Shown here one piece after another: positions 36,417-46,812 of a stretch of DNA of 64,000 bases. Within the stretch, counting starts at the first letter, position 1. Each line of letters starts with the position of its first letter. A model generated the notes under the pieces. The model saw nothing but the letters and a program-made list of their open reading frames with translations. It ran no database searches and was not told the origin of the DNA. The stretch is from assembly GCA_050015335.1 (NCBI GenBank), contig JBEKBP010000021.1, positions 18,319 through 82,318 of the forward strand, given 5' to 3'. Both the position numbers and the translations under genes were made by a program. Source of the DNA: Candidatus Acidiferrales bacterium (GTDB taxonomy: Bacteria > Acidobacteriota > Terriglobia > Acidiferrales > UBA7541).

Positions 36417-37085
36417 TCAGTTAGCCCGGTGGCGGGAAAACACTTTCTGTAATACGCGGTCGGCGGCTGAATTAAGCTCTGCATGGAACTTCCCGGCCTC
36501 GCGCCGGGCTTGATCCATCAGGGAGGCGTCCAGTACCAGGCCTACTCGGTCGACGAAAGGCCCCGACGCAACCCCCTTTGCAGCGCCTCCCTGCCGCGCG
36601 GGGCCGCGCGCGGCAGGTGAGCCAAGCTGTTCGTAGAGCTCCAGGTCGCGCCAGAATTCCTCGGCGTCCTCATCGGTCCACTCCAAAGCCTGTCCAAGAG
36701 CCACGAAAAATTCCTCGCGAAAAAGGTCGAGAAAAGGGATTCCCAATTCCATGGAAGGCTTATTCGCGGCCTTGGGCTTTGCGCCCGTCCTTCCCTTCTT
36801 GGATTTCGTGGGGCGGCGCTTGGTGCCGCGCATCGTCACGCTCACTTTCAGTCGCGTCGGCAGGGACGATTCAATGCGCGACACCATGGCCAGAATCGCT
36901 TCGCGGCGAATGGTTTGGAGCTGCTCGCGATAGAGCACCGGCTGGTCGGCGCGCCCCGGCCTCCGAAACTCCCCGGCGTACATATCGAGAAAGCGCTGCA
37001 CGAGCTCGTTGCGATCGATGGTCGCAAGCAGCAGGGTGGCGGTGTCGCGCGCGCGGATCACCAGCTCTCGTGGACGGTAGGGCAT
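36417..37085 (-). CDS. Hypothetical protein with a central Lys/Arg-rich tract
   Basis: ATG-initiated ORF with coding-like composition. I recognise no family. Confidence 0.4.
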   Translation of the reverse strand: MPYRPRELVIRARDTATLLLATIDRNELVQRFLDMYAGEFRRPGRADQPVLYREQLQTIRREAILAMVSRIESSLPTRLKVSVTMRGTKRRPTKSKKGRTGAKPKAANKPSMELGIPFLDLFREEFFVALGQALEWTDEDAEEFWRDLELYEQLGSPAARGPARQGGAAKGVASGPFVDRVGLVLDASLMDQARREAGKFHAELNSAADRVLQKVFSRHRAN

Positions 37086-37198
37086 CAGACGTGTCTACCT
37101 CTTACGCGAATACGCGGCGCTCCGCAACAAGAAACGTTGTCCGGGCTCCCCTGTCGCGCTGGCTGCACGCTTGCCAGTAAAATAGTTCGGTGCGGCAT

Positions 37199-37231
37199 AA
37201 AAAAAGGGCCCGGAGATTTCTCTCCGGGCCC
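37199..37231 (-). terminator. Intrinsic terminator after lon
   Basis: Perfect 11-bp stem GGGCCCGGAGA/TCTCCGGGCCC with a 4-nt loop, followed by T7 on the minus strand. Confidence 0.85.
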
Positions 37232-37280
37232 CGGTTGAGTTTTGGTTGTCGTAGGCGCCCGTACCGGGCGAACCGGCTAT

Positions 37281-39707
37281 TTAGTGGAGCGGGCCCGCCA
37301 CGGGCGGCCTGTTCTCGCCGGGCATTCCGCCGGTTACCGAGCGCACCGGCTTGTCGAACTTACCGAGCGCGATATCGAGAGCCTGCTCGGCCGTCCGCAC
37401 GAAGTGGATTTCAATCCCCTCGAGCATTTCCGGCTGCAGGTCCTCCTTCACGTTCGGCTCGTTCTCGCTGGGCAGGATCACTTCCTTGATTCCCGCCCGC
37501 TTTGCGCCAAGCACCTTTTCCTTCACACCCCCGATCGGCAGCACGATTCCGGACAGTGAAATTTCCCCGGTCATCGCTACGCGCGGCCGCACCGGACGCC
37601 CCGTCAAGAGGCTGACCAGGGCCGTCACCATCGCGACGCCTGCCGACGGCCCGTCCTTGGGGATCGCTCCCGAGGGAACGTGGACGTGCAAGTCGAGCTT
37701 GCGGAAGAAGTCCGGATCGATGCCGTAACGATCGGCGTTCGCGCGTACCCAGGTAAGCGCCGCCCGCATGGACTCCTGCATCACTTCGCCCAGATGCCCG
37801 GTCATCGTGAATCCTTTTCCACCGCGCATCTTGCTAGCTTCGATGAAGACGATATCGCCGCCCACCGGCGTCCATACCAGCCCCACCGAAACTCCCGGCT
37901 TGCTGACGCGTTCCTCCACTTCTTTTTCGAGGCGAAACTTCGGAATGCCCAGCGCTTCGCGAATCACGTCGGGGGTGACGATGAGCTTATCCGTCTTGCC
38001 CTCGGCGATTCTCCGCGCCTGCTTCCGCACGAGAGTGGCGATTTCCCGTTCGAGGTTGCGCACTCCCGCTTCCCGCGTGTAGTGGTGAATCAGGTCGTGC
38101 AACGACAGGTCGGTGAATTCGATCTGCTCGCCCAAAGTCAACCCGTGCTCCTTGGTCTGCCGCGGGATCAGGAACCTCTTCGCAATGTGAACCTTCTCCT
38201 CCTCGGTGTAACCTGCGAGTTCGATGACTTCCATGCGGTCCCGCAGCGGTTCCGGAATTGGATCCATCCAGTTGGCCGTCGCGATAAACAGAACCTTCGA
38301 CAAATCAAACGGCACATCCAGATAGTGATCGCGGAATGTGGAGTTCTGCTCCGGATCAAGCACCTCCATCAACGCCGCCGACGGATCGCCGCGGAAGTCC
38401 CGGCCGAGCTTGTCGACCTCGTCGAGCATCAGGACGGGATCCATCGTCTCGGCGCGGCGGATTCCCTGGATGATCTGGCCGGGCAGCGCCCCGATGTAGG
38501 TGCGGCGGTGTCCGCGGATCTCCGCTTCATCGTGCATTCCGCCAAGCGAAATGCGCACGAATTTGCGGCCCATCGCGCGGGCAATCGATTTCCCGAGCGA
38601 GGTCTTCCCCACTCCCGGAGGCCCGACAAAGCACAAGATCGGTCCCTTCATACCGGGCTGGAGCTTTTTCACCGCCAGGTAATCAAGCAGGCGCTGCTTC
38701 ACCTTCACCAGGTCGTAGTGGTCCTCGTCGAGGATCTCCTGCGCCTTGCTGATGTCGATGGCTTCTTCGCCTGTGCCGGAAGTTTTGTTCCATGGCAGCG
38801 AGGTCATCCATTCTAGGTAGGTCCTCGATACCATGTATTCCGCCGAAGCCGGCGTCATCTTCGCGAGCCGCTTCAACTCGCGCTCACACTCCTTCTTGGC
38901 TTCCGCGGACATGCCCGATTCTTCGACCTTCTTGCGGAGTTCGTCGACTTCGGCGACGCCGTCGTCGGATTCGCCCAACTCCTTCTGAATGGCCTTCATC
39001 TGCTCGCGCAGCAGGAATTCGCGCTGGCTCTGGTTCACCTGCTCCTGAACCTGCTCGTGAATCTTGTTGCGCAGCTCAAGCACTTCCTTTTCCTTGGAAA
39101 GCTCGTTGACGAGCGTTTCAAGCCGTTTGCGCACGCTAAAGGTCTCCAGCAACTCTTGCCGCACCATTGTGTTGAGCGAAGGCAGAGTCGAAGCGACGAA
39201 ATCGGCCAGCCGGGACGGCGAGTCGATATTGGCAACTTCGGTCTGCAAATCGTCGGAAAGCTGCGGCGAACGGGCCACCACATCCCGGAACAGCTCCTGT
39301 ACGTTGCGTTCCAACGCCGTTAACTCCGGATCGCGCTCCTCCCCCGCATTCGGCTGCAGCTCAATCCGAGCCCTCATATAGGGCTTCAAACCGACCACCT
39401 CGACCACGCGGAGACGGTCAAGCCCCTCCAGGAACGCCACCACATTGCCGTTGGGCATACGAACCATCTTATGTACCTTCGCCAGCGTTCCCACGCTGTG
39501 AAGGTCGGCGCCGCCGGGCGACTCAATTCGTGGGTCTAATTGCGCGACGACGCCAAGCAGCTTCTCAGGACCCTCCAACGAGTCCAGCAGGGCTAGAGAG
39601 CTTTCCCGGCCAACCGGAAGCGGCATCACGGCTCCTGGAAAAAGAACGGTGTCGCGCACGGGCAGAACTGGAAGCTCTGGCGGAACGACTCTGGTTGCTT
39701 TGCTCAC
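37281..39707 (-). CDS. lon: ATP-dependent Lon protease
   Basis: GPPGVGKTS Walker A and PKDGPSAG catalytic Ser. AAGGGGGA SD precedes the GTG start. Confidence 0.95.
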   Translation of the reverse strand: MSKATRVVPPELPVLPVRDTVLFPGAVMPLPVGRESSLALLDSLEGPEKLLGVVAQLDPRIESPGGADLHSVGTLAKVHKMVRMPNGNVVAFLEGLDRLRVVEVVGLKPYMRARIELQPNAGEERDPELTALERNVQELFRDVVARSPQLSDDLQTEVANIDSPSRLADFVASTLPSLNTMVRQELLETFSVRKRLETLVNELSKEKEVLELRNKIHEQVQEQVNQSQREFLLREQMKAIQKELGESDDGVAEVDELRKKVEESGMSAEAKKECERELKRLAKMTPASAEYMVSRTYLEWMTSLPWNKTSGTGEEAIDISKAQEILDEDHYDLVKVKQRLLDYLAVKKLQPGMKGPILCFVGPPGVGKTSLGKSIARAMGRKFVRISLGGMHDEAEIRGHRRTYIGALPGQIIQGIRRAETMDPVLMLDEVDKLGRDFRGDPSAALMEVLDPEQNSTFRDHYLDVPFDLSKVLFIATANWMDPIPEPLRDRMEVIELAGYTEEEKVHIAKRFLIPRQTKEHGLTLGEQIEFTDLSLHDLIHHYTREAGVRNLEREIATLVRKQARRIAEGKTDKLIVTPDVIREALGIPKFRLEKEVEERVSKPGVSVGLVWTPVGGDIVFIEASKMRGGKGFTMTGHLGEVMQESMRAALTWVRANADRYGIDPDFFRKLDLHVHVPSGAIPKDGPSAGVAMVTALVSLLTGRPVRPRVAMTGEISLSGIVLPIGGVKEKVLGAKRAGIKEVILPSENEPNVKEDLQPEMLEGIEIHFVRTAEQALDIALGKFDKPVRSVTGGMPGENRPPVAGPLH

Positions 39708-39917
39708 CTTATCCCCCTTTGGGCCCTATCTCTTATTCTATGAGTCCTTAGACCTGTCATACACCGTTAGATGCGGGCAAAAGGAAAAAGATTTCCCAAT
39801 ATTTCGCGTCTCGATATAAGCAGATGTTAGTCTATCCCACTAAAGAATGTCCCTTCAACTACACAGCTTGGTTGACTTGCCCTGAACGCCAAGGATAAAC
39901 GAAAGAAATCACGCCGC

Positions 39918-41264
39918 TTATTTATTCCCGAACGAGCTCTGCACTAATTGTAGGGCCTCCTCCTTAGTACGGATTTTCCCGTTGAGTTGGGCTTCCTCTA
40001 CAGCTTCCAGGATCAGCTTGAAGGGGGGCCCGGGAGCAAAACCCAAGGCCTTCAAGTCGTTTCCGCCCAAAAGTCTTGGTGGCCTGACCTGCTCAGGCGG
40101 GGTCTCGGTCAGAAATTTTCGGACAAAGTTATAAGCCTCCAAGCTGCCATGGCTCGAAAGACAGTCCAGCCGATGCAATTCCAGATGCTCTTCGAACCGA
40201 CTCAGGCGCACGAACCGCTTGAGCGTGGACGACTTCATCTGGGCTACGTCTTTGAACCGCAGATGATTGGCGACCAGCGCGGCAATCTGCTCGGTATCTT
40301 CATTGGAGAAGCGCAACCGGCCGCAGATCGCCTCCGCCATACGGGTGCCGACTTCCACATGCTCGTCAAAGCGAATGCGGCCACCCGGGCCCGCGGGCGG
40401 CTTAAACGTGGGCGGCTTGCCAACATCATGGAGCAACACGCCCCAGGCGAGGGTCGGCGAGCAGCCGGGCGGCAACCCGCCCAGCATCAGGAGGGTGTGA
40501 ATCCAAACGTCCCCTTCGGGATGAAATTGCGGCGGTTGCTCCACACCTTTCATGCGCGCAATTTCGGGCAGGATTTCCGGCAGCAGCCGGCTCTCCTCGA
40601 GAAGCTCGAACGCGCGCCGGGCGGCGCCTTCGGTGAGCAGTTTGGTCAATTCGTCGCGGATGCGCTCGGCCGAGACTTGGTGAAGCTCGGCGGCTCGTTT
40701 CGCGATCGCCGCAAACGTCGCGCCCTCGATCGCGTACCGGAAGCGGGCGGCGAAGCGAACCGCGCGAATCATGCGGAGCTTGTCCTCGCCGAATCGCTTC
40801 TCCGCAACGCCAATGGCGCGCACGATTCCTGCTGCCAGATCCTTGCGTCCTCCGACGAAATCGAGTATCTCGCCGGTTTCAGGATCAAGCAGCAACGCGT
40901 TGATGGTAAAGTCGCGCCGCCAGACGTCTTGCTGCGGGGACGCCGCAAAGAGAACCTTGTCCGGGCGGCGGCCGTCGGAATAGCCGGCGTCTGAGCGAAA
41001 CGTCGCCACCTCCACCGTCGCCAACGGTTCTGCAGGTTTCCGGGTCCAATCCGGCACGAGCATTACGCCGAATCGAGCTCCCACGCCAATCGCCGGCGGA
41101 AAGAGCCGCTGCACCTGATCGGGCTTCGCATCCGTGGCAACGTCGTAATCCACCGGCTCGCGCTTGAGAAGGATATCCCGCACGCAGCCGCCCACCAGGT
41201 AAGCCTGCTGCCCCGCCGCCCGAAGCGTGCGGCAAATTTGTTCCGCAAGTGCGCGCGCGTTCAT
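39918..41264 (-). CDS. cca: CCA-adding tRNA nucleotidyltransferase with HD domain
   Basis: GGCVRD and DYDVAT motifs, plus an HD region (LLHDVGK). CATAAT lies 6 nt upstream of ATG 41264. Confidence 0.85.
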   Translation of the reverse strand: MNARALAEQICRTLRAAGQQAYLVGGCVRDILLKREPVDYDVATDAKPDQVQRLFPPAIGVGARFGVMLVPDWTRKPAEPLATVEVATFRSDAGYSDGRRPDKVLFAASPQQDVWRRDFTINALLLDPETGEILDFVGGRKDLAAGIVRAIGVAEKRFGEDKLRMIRAVRFAARFRYAIEGATFAAIAKRAAELHQVSAERIRDELTKLLTEGAARRAFELLEESRLLPEILPEIARMKGVEQPPQFHPEGDVWIHTLLMLGGLPPGCSPTLAWGVLLHDVGKPPTFKPPAGPGGRIRFDEHVEVGTRMAEAICGRLRFSNEDTEQIAALVANHLRFKDVAQMKSSTLKRFVRLSRFEEHLELHRLDCLSSHGSLEAYNFVRKFLTETPPEQVRPPRLLGGNDLKALGFAPGPPFKLILEAVEEAQLNGKIRTKEEALQLVQSSFGNK

Positions 41265-41344
41265 GGCTCGATTATGAGCGCAACCCGAAGGCGATGGGAA
41301 GCCTTGCGGGCAACCAGCGTTCAACAATGATGCGGCAGCCGCGA

Positions 41345-42586
41345 TCAGTCATCACGACGCTGGCGATTGCCCAGTGAACCGCCGAATTGCAGCTTGGAGA
41401 AGCCGAATTTGTCGCGCAGGCGGTCGGTCGCGCGCGCCAGGCGCTCGAGCTTTTCGCGCCTGCCCGGATCGAGCAGGTCGAGCTGCCCTGACGATCCCGC
41501 CGAGAAGTGAGACAACGCCACTCCCACCAGGCGCACGGTCGCAACACCATCCCACGCGCGCAGGAACAGATCGCGCACGGCCGCAAGAAGCACCGTGTCT
41601 AGGGCGGAGGGTTCTGCGAGCGTGCGGCTGCGCGAAATTGTTCGGAAGTCGCAGTCGCGCAGCGTCAGGGTTACCGTGCGCGCATACAAACCCGCATCCC
41701 GCAGGCGCCGGGAGGCTTTCTGACACAGAAAACTCAGTGTCGCTTCCAGCAGCCCGCGGTCGTTGGTGTCTGCGCCGAACGTTTGGTTGTGCGACAGAGA
41801 CTTCGGCTCCGCATCGACGAAGAACTCGTACGCATCGATTCCGCGCGACTTTCGAAAAAGAGCCGCGCCCCATTGTCCGAAATTTTCTTCGAGCCGCTCG
41901 GGCGTCGCCGTCTGCAGCTGCGCGATCGTTTCGATGCCAAGTGCTTTCAACCCGCCTTCGGTTACTCTTCCGATGCCGGGAATTCTCCTCACCGGCAGCG
42001 GCGCGAGAAACGCCACCTCGCTTCCGGGTGCCACCCACAGAAGCCCGCGTGGCTTGGCCTGCTCGCTGGCCATTTTGGCGATGAGACGTGATGTGCCCAC
42101 CCCGATCGAGCAAGGCAGCCCTGTGGTGGAAGTGATTTCCCGCGAGAGCTTGTCCGCCACGGCCAGCGAGGGACCATGCAGCCGCTCGGTTCCGGCCAGG
42201 TCGATGTAGGCTTCGTCGACAGAGGCCATTTCCACGACGGGTGAATACTTCGACAGGATCGAGGCGATGCGGTCGCTTAAGCGGCCATACCGTTCGTGAT
42301 GGCAATCGAGGAACACGGCCCGGGGACAAAGCTTCGCCGCCGTGCGCAGCGCCATCGCCGAATGCACGCCAAACCTCCGCGCCTCGTAACTGGCAGAAGC
42401 AACCACGCCACGCTGGTCAGGTGGGCCTCCCACCACAACTGGCAGCCCTTTGAGTTCCGGACGCGCGAGAAGCTCCACGGAGACGAAAAATGCATCCATG
42501 TCGATGTGGAGAATGGAAGCCGGAGAATCTGGCGTCGCGGCTTCAGGCGGGCCGTGTTTCGCGCGAAAATGAGCCAGTTGGGGCAT
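41345..42586 (-). CDS. dinB: DNA polymerase IV
   Basis: ILHIDMDAFFVSVE, SASYEAR.FGV and SVDEAY motifs. Confidence 0.92.
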   Translation of the reverse strand: MPQLAHFRAKHGPPEAATPDSPASILHIDMDAFFVSVELLARPELKGLPVVVGGPPDQRGVVASASYEARRFGVHSAMALRTAAKLCPRAVFLDCHHERYGRLSDRIASILSKYSPVVEMASVDEAYIDLAGTERLHGPSLAVADKLSREITSTTGLPCSIGVGTSRLIAKMASEQAKPRGLLWVAPGSEVAFLAPLPVRRIPGIGRVTEGGLKALGIETIAQLQTATPERLEENFGQWGAALFRKSRGIDAYEFFVDAEPKSLSHNQTFGADTNDRGLLEATLSFLCQKASRRLRDAGLYARTVTLTLRDCDFRTISRSRTLAEPSALDTVLLAAVRDLFLRAWDGVATVRLVGVALSHFSAGSSGQLDLLDPGRREKLERLARATDRLRDKFGFSKLQFGGSLGNRQRRDD

Positions 42587-42657
42587 GGCGGAACGCTAGC
42601 GCCGGGATTGACCGGCCGGTGGAATCGGATCGAGACCGTTTCCCATTCGATCGATCA

Positions 42658-43626
42658 TCACGGCCGTCTCTCAGCGGCGAGCACGCGGGGAATCCCGGCT
42701 AGATCGTGGGTGACGCTTAGGTTCACCCAGCCGGGCGCCTCGCGGATGATTTTGAGAACGGCGTCGGCGGAGTGGTAGCCCAATTCGAGCACCAGAATTC
42801 CGCGCTCGCCAAGCAGCGACGCGGCCTGCTCGATCAGCCCTCGGTACATCTCGGTGCCCGTTGGCCCCCCAAAGAGCGCCGCAGGAGGCTCGTGCTCGCG
42901 CACTTCGCGCGCGAGTGTGGGGGCGTCATCGAGCGCTACATAAGGCGGATTGCTCACAATCACATCGAACCGATGGGATTGGTCCTCCCCAGGCGTTGAC
43001 GCCGGAATCAGCGCATCCAGGAGATTGGTTCGAACGAGATGGACGCGGTGGGCGAGGTGGTGGCGCGCCGCGTTTCGGCTCGCCACAACGAGCGCCGCTT
43101 CGGAAATGTCGGTCGCCACGACGTCTGCGTGCGGCAATTCGTGCGCGAGAGCAACCGCGAGGCAGCCGGAGCCCGTTCCTATATCCGCAATCCGAAGATG
43201 CGGACTCGGCGCACCCGTATCGAGACCGATCTTGATCCCGCGTGCGCCCAGCCGCTCGAGCGCCACCTCGACCAGATGCTCTGTCTCTGGCCGCGGAATC
43301 AGCACCGCGGGAGTCACCTCGAATTCCAGTCCCCAAAATTCCTGCCGGCCGGTCAAATACTGTGTGGGCTCCCCGCCGGACCGGCGCGCCACAAGCGCCC
43401 AATACTTTTCCACCATTACCGGATCCAGGGATTGCTCGGGATGCGCGTATATCCACGTGCGGTCGCGGCCCAGAGTATGAATCAGCAACACCTCCGCAGC
43501 CAGCGTATAGGAGGAAACCTTCGCCGCCCGCAGCCGCGCGATTGCTTCCTTCAGGGCCGCGCGAATATCGAAGCCGCCGGGAGCCAGGCTTCGGGCGGCC
43601 GAACGGGCGATGTTTTCCTGCGGCAT
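42658..43626 (-). CDS. prmC: Release factor glutamine N5-methyltransferase
   Basis: DIGTGSG SAM-binding motif and NPPY motif. ATG 43626 lies 1 nt after the prfA stop. Confidence 0.88.
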   Translation of the reverse strand: MPQENIARSAARSLAPGGFDIRAALKEAIARLRAAKVSSYTLAAEVLLIHTLGRDRTWIYAHPEQSLDPVMVEKYWALVARRSGGEPTQYLTGRQEFWGLEFEVTPAVLIPRPETEHLVEVALERLGARGIKIGLDTGAPSPHLRIADIGTGSGCLAVALAHELPHADVVATDISEAALVVASRNAARHHLAHRVHLVRTNLLDALIPASTPGEDQSHRFDVIVSNPPYVALDDAPTLAREVREHEPPAALFGGPTGTEMYRGLIEQAASLLGERGILVLELGYHSADAVLKIIREAPGWVNLSVTHDLAGIPRVLAAERRP

Positions 43627-43627
43627 C

Positions 43628-44719
43628 TCACGCCTCGACCAACTCTTGCTTAAGACGCTCGGATTCATAGTGCGTCACCAGCGCGTCGACCAACGGGGCG
43701 AGCTTGCCTTCCATCACTTCGGTGAGCTGGTGCAGCGTGAAATTGATGCGATGATCCGAGACGCGGTTCTGCGGGTAATTGTAGGTGCGGATTTTTTCCG
43801 AACGGTCGCCGGTCTTGATTTGTCCGCGGCGCTCGGCGGCAATGGCTTCGTGCTGCTTGGATTGCTCCATTTCATAGAGGCGCGCGCGCAGCACGCGCAT
43901 GGCCTTGGCGCGGTTCTTGATCTGCGATTTTTCGTCCTGCTGCGACACGACGAGCCCGCTCGGGATGTGCGTGATGCGCACCGCCGAGTAGGTCGTGTTC
44001 ACCGACTGGCCGCCAGGGCCGGAGGAGCAAAACGTATCGATGCGCAAATCCTTGGGCTCGATCTTGATGTCGATCTCGTCGGCCTCCGGCAGCACGGCCA
44101 CCGTCGCCGCCGACGTGTGGATGCGGCCCTGCTGCTCGGTGGCAGGAACGCGCTGCACGCGGTGCACGCCGCTTTCATACTTCAGCTTCGAATACACGTT
44201 CTTTCCCTGAATCGCCGCCACCACCTCCTTCATGCCTCCGATCGACGACGCGGAACTTTCCAGGATTTCCACGCGCCAGCCCTGGGTTTCCGCGTACCGC
44301 GAGTACATCCGGAAAAGCTCTCCCGCGAAAAGAGAAGCCTCGTCGCCGCCCGTGCCGGCGCGGATTTCGACGATCACGTTTTTTTCGTCGTTGGGATCTT
44401 TGGGAATCAGCAGCAGCTTGAGTTCCCTCTCGACGATTTCGTGGCGCGCCTCAAGGGCGTGCTCCTCGTCGTGGGCCATCTGCTTCATCTCCGCGTCGTC
44501 GGTTTCGACAAGCAACTGCTTGGCGCCCTGCAGTCCCTTCTCGATTTCCTTCCATTCTCGGTATTTGGCCACCATCTGAGCCATCTCGGCGTGCGTCTTG
44601 GCGAGCTTCTGATAACGCGCTGAATCCGAGAGTATCTCGGGTGAGGAAAGCTGCTGCGTCATTTCCTCATAGCGGGCCTCGATGTGATTGAGTTTTTCAA
44701 AAAGCGTCAGATTCGCCAT
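43628..44719 (-). CDS. prfA: Peptide chain release factor 1
   Basis: PAT tripeptide (RVPATE) and [11 protein letters not shown]. Confidence 0.95.
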   Translation of the reverse strand: MANLTLFEKLNHIEARYEEMTQQLSSPEILSDSARYQKLAKTHAEMAQMVAKYREWKEIEKGLQGAKQLLVETDDAEMKQMAHDEEHALEARHEIVERELKLLLIPKDPNDEKNVIVEIRAGTGGDEASLFAGELFRMYSRYAETQGWRVEILESSASSIGGMKEVVAAIQGKNVYSKLKYESGVHRVQRVPATEQQGRIHTSAATVAVLPEADEIDIKIEPKDLRIDTFCSSGPGGQSVNTTYSAVRITHIPSGLVVSQQDEKSQIKNRAKAMRVLRARLYEMEQSKQHEAIAAERRGQIKTGDRSEKIRTYNYPQNRVSDHRINFTLHQLTEVMEGKLAPLVDALVTHYESERLKQELVEA

Positions 44720-44983
44720 GGTATTCGTCCGTAATTCAGCCTAGTGAAAGAGTGCACGGATCACTAAAGGATTTGTGAAAAAGGGACCAACCGGGCTCGC
44801 CTGGAGCCGGCAGAGAAGAACGTGCTAATAAAATGCCGTAGACATGGTGCGTGGACCTGCCGACAGAATAGCGGCAATCGCTTTCCTAGTCAAACCACTC
44901 GCCCCCTGATCCCCCCTGATTCATTTGGTTACCGCCTTTGATCTTTGATAATGATCTGAAGCGACGTCAACTGAAATGGGCAC

Positions 44984-45014
44984 TGTGGAAAAGTTGTGAA
45001 TTATGTGTGGACCG
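44984..45014. promoter_or_regulatory. DnaA-box-like cluster upstream of dnaA (3 same-orientation boxes)
   Basis: TGTGGAAAA (44984-44992), TGTGAATTA (44995-45003) and TGTGGACCG (45006-45014), scored against TGTGGATAA. The region is locally AT-rich. Confidence 0.5.
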
Positions 45015-45204
45015 TATTCAAATATTCCGCTCAGTTTTCTCTTGCTCAAGACGTTACTTTTAGGCAGAATCCCCGCTCGCGTATCCGATGTTGCTGCCAC
45101 CTGAGGCCAGCAGTCATCAGATGTCGCTAATGCGGGGCGCTTTTTTGCGGCATCGAACCCGATAGGCCAAACCAAAATAACCTCCCTACACGTGTAGGGG
45201 TGGC

Positions 45205-45235
45205 TTTTCCACAAGATTTCCACGCCAGTGGAAAT
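45205..45235. promoter_or_regulatory. DnaA boxes at the dnaA 5' end (probable autoregulation)
   Basis: TTTTCCACA (45205-45213), ATTTCCACG (45216-45224) and an inverted AGTGGAAAT (45227-45235). Confidence 0.55.
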
Positions 45236-45253
45236 CCTACTGAGGCTGATTTC

Positions 45254-46567
45254 TTGACGAATATTTGGGATAAGGTACTTCAACATACAGAGCGTCGCGT
45301 AAACCCTCATAGTTTCGCTACCTGGTTTCGGCCCACCCGGCAGGAGCGTTTCGAAGATGATCGCATCGTGGTCCGCGTGCCGACGCGCTTGTTCTGCAAG
45401 CGGCTGAGCGAAACCTACGGCGAGCTGCTGAAAGCGGTGCTTACCGAAATTGGCAAACCGGAAGTCGCTCTGGAGTTCATCTGTGCCGAGCCGGAACCGG
45501 TGCCGGCCAACCCGTCAGCGGCCCAGGCCAAGCTCGATTTCGAGTCGTCGAACCATCAGCTGAATCCACGCTACACCTTCGATTCGTTTATCGTCGGCAC
45601 GTCGAATCAGTTTGCGCATGCGGCCGCCGTCGCCGTCGCCGAGCAGCCGTCTAAATCCTACAACCCACTGTTTCTCTACGGCGGAGTCGGGCTCGGCAAG
45701 ACGCACCTGATGCAGGCAATCGGCCACACGCTCAAGCGCCATAATCCGGCCTTGCGCCTCACCTACATCAGCGCCGAAAAGTTTACCAATGAAGTGATTG
45801 CATCGATCCGCTTTGAGCGTATGGCCGCCTTCCGCGAGCGCTTCCGCAACATGGACGTGCTGATGGTCGACGACATTCAGTTCATCGCCACGCGCGAGCG
45901 AACCCAGGAAGAGTTCTTCCACACCTTCAACGCGCTCTACGACCAACAGAAGCAGATCGTCATCTCATCGGACTGCCCGCCCAAAGAGATATCGGCCATT
46001 GAGGAGCGCCTTCGCTCCCGGTTCGAATGGGGACTGATCGCAGACATCCAGCCGCCCGACCTGGAGACGAAAATCGCCATTTTGCAGAAAAAAGCCGAAC
46101 GCGAGCATGTGCGTTTGCCCGATGAGGTCGCCGACTACATCGCCCGGGCCATCAAATCGAACGTTCGCGAACTTGAAGGCGCGCTGATCCGCCTGATGGC
46201 GTATGCCTCGCTCACCGGTATGGAGATCAACCTCCCGACAGCCCAACAGGTTCTCAAGGCCATCGTCGAGATTCAAGAAAAGAAGGTCACTATCGAGCAG
46301 ATTCAGAAGCGCGTCGGAGAACATTTTGGCCTTCGCGCGCAAGATCTGAAAATTCGCAGCAACTCGAAAGTTATCGCGTTCCCGCGGCAGGTCGCCATGT
46401 TCCTGGTGAAGCAATTGACATCCGCCTCGCTCCCTGAAATCGGGAAACAGTTCGGAGGAAAGCATCACACCACCGTTCTGCATTCCATTAACAAGATCGA
46501 CACTCTTCGGCAGGTCGACAAGGATTTAAACAAAACGATCAACAGGCTACTGGACTCGTTTGGTTAG
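45254..46567 (+). CDS. dnaA: Chromosomal replication initiator protein DnaA
   Basis: GGVGLGKTHL Walker A, a DDIQF box and the C-terminal DNA-binding block HTTVLHS. I prefer the TTG start at 45254 (GAGG 8 nt upstream), because the longer GTG 45200 ORF would encode the DnaA boxes. Confidence 0.9.
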   Translation: MTNIWDKVLQHTERRVNPHSFATWFRPTRQERFEDDRIVVRVPTRLFCKRLSETYGELLKAVLTEIGKPEVALEFICAEPEPVPANPSAAQAKLDFESSNHQLNPRYTFDSFIVGTSNQFAHAAAVAVAEQPSKSYNPLFLYGGVGLGKTHLMQAIGHTLKRHNPALRLTYISAEKFTNEVIASIRFERMAAFRERFRNMDVLMVDDIQFIATRERTQEEFFHTFNALYDQQKQIVISSDCPPKEISAIEERLRSRFEWGLIADIQPPDLETKIAILQKKAEREHVRLPDEVADYIARAIKSNVRELEGALIRLMAYASLTGMEINLPTAQQVLKAIVEIQEKKVTIEQIQKRVGEHFGLRAQDLKIRSNSKVIAFPRQVAMFLVKQLTSASLPEIGKQFGGKHHTTVLHSINKIDTLRQVDKDLNKTINRLLDSFG

Positions 46568-46605
46568 GCTTAGGTGAAACGAGAAGGGCCAGCGCCCCTC
46601 CCGCC

Positions 46606-46756
46606 TGTGGATTAGGTGTGGAATAGGTCCCCGGGGTTTGGAGATGCCCGGATCAGCGGGGGGTTTTCCGGTGTTCGGTTGGAGTCTTCCACAAGACAGT
46701 TTTGATGGCAATCACAGCGCGCTCCGCAAGTTGCAGTGTTTTCCGCGCTTTCCACA
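46606..46756. promoter_or_regulatory. oriC DnaA-box cluster in the dnaA-dnaN spacer
   Basis: TGTGGATTA (46606-46614), TGTGGAATA (46617-46625), TCTTCCACA (46685-46693) and CTTTCCACA (46748-46756), plus weaker TTTTCCGnG sites. Confidence 0.6.
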
Positions 46757-46775
46757 CATGCGGCGGCGACGGCGG

Positions 46776-46812
46776 TTTATTGTAAATATCTATTATAAGT
46801 ATTCTAAAAAGC
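46776..46812. other. AT-rich DNA unwinding element candidate of oriC
   Basis: TTTATTGTAAATATCTATTATAAGTATTCTAAAAAGC follows a GC-rich clamp (GCGGCGGCGACGGCGG) next to the last DnaA box. Confidence 0.55.

Noticed and set aside
39820-39845. A CIRCE/HrcA-like inverted repeat (TTAGT-N7-ACTAA) upstream of lon.
   Set aside because: Each arm is only 5 bp, against the 9-bp TTAGCACTC-N9-GAGTGCTAA consensus. No sigma32-type CTTGAA/CCCCAT pair was found either.
45200-45253. The GTG at 45200 as the dnaA start, as in the ORF track.
   Set aside because: The extra 18 codons consist of three DnaA boxes and have no counterpart in DnaA N-termini. The TTG at 45254 has a GAGG SD at proper spacing and yields the usual ...W..VL..L N-terminus.
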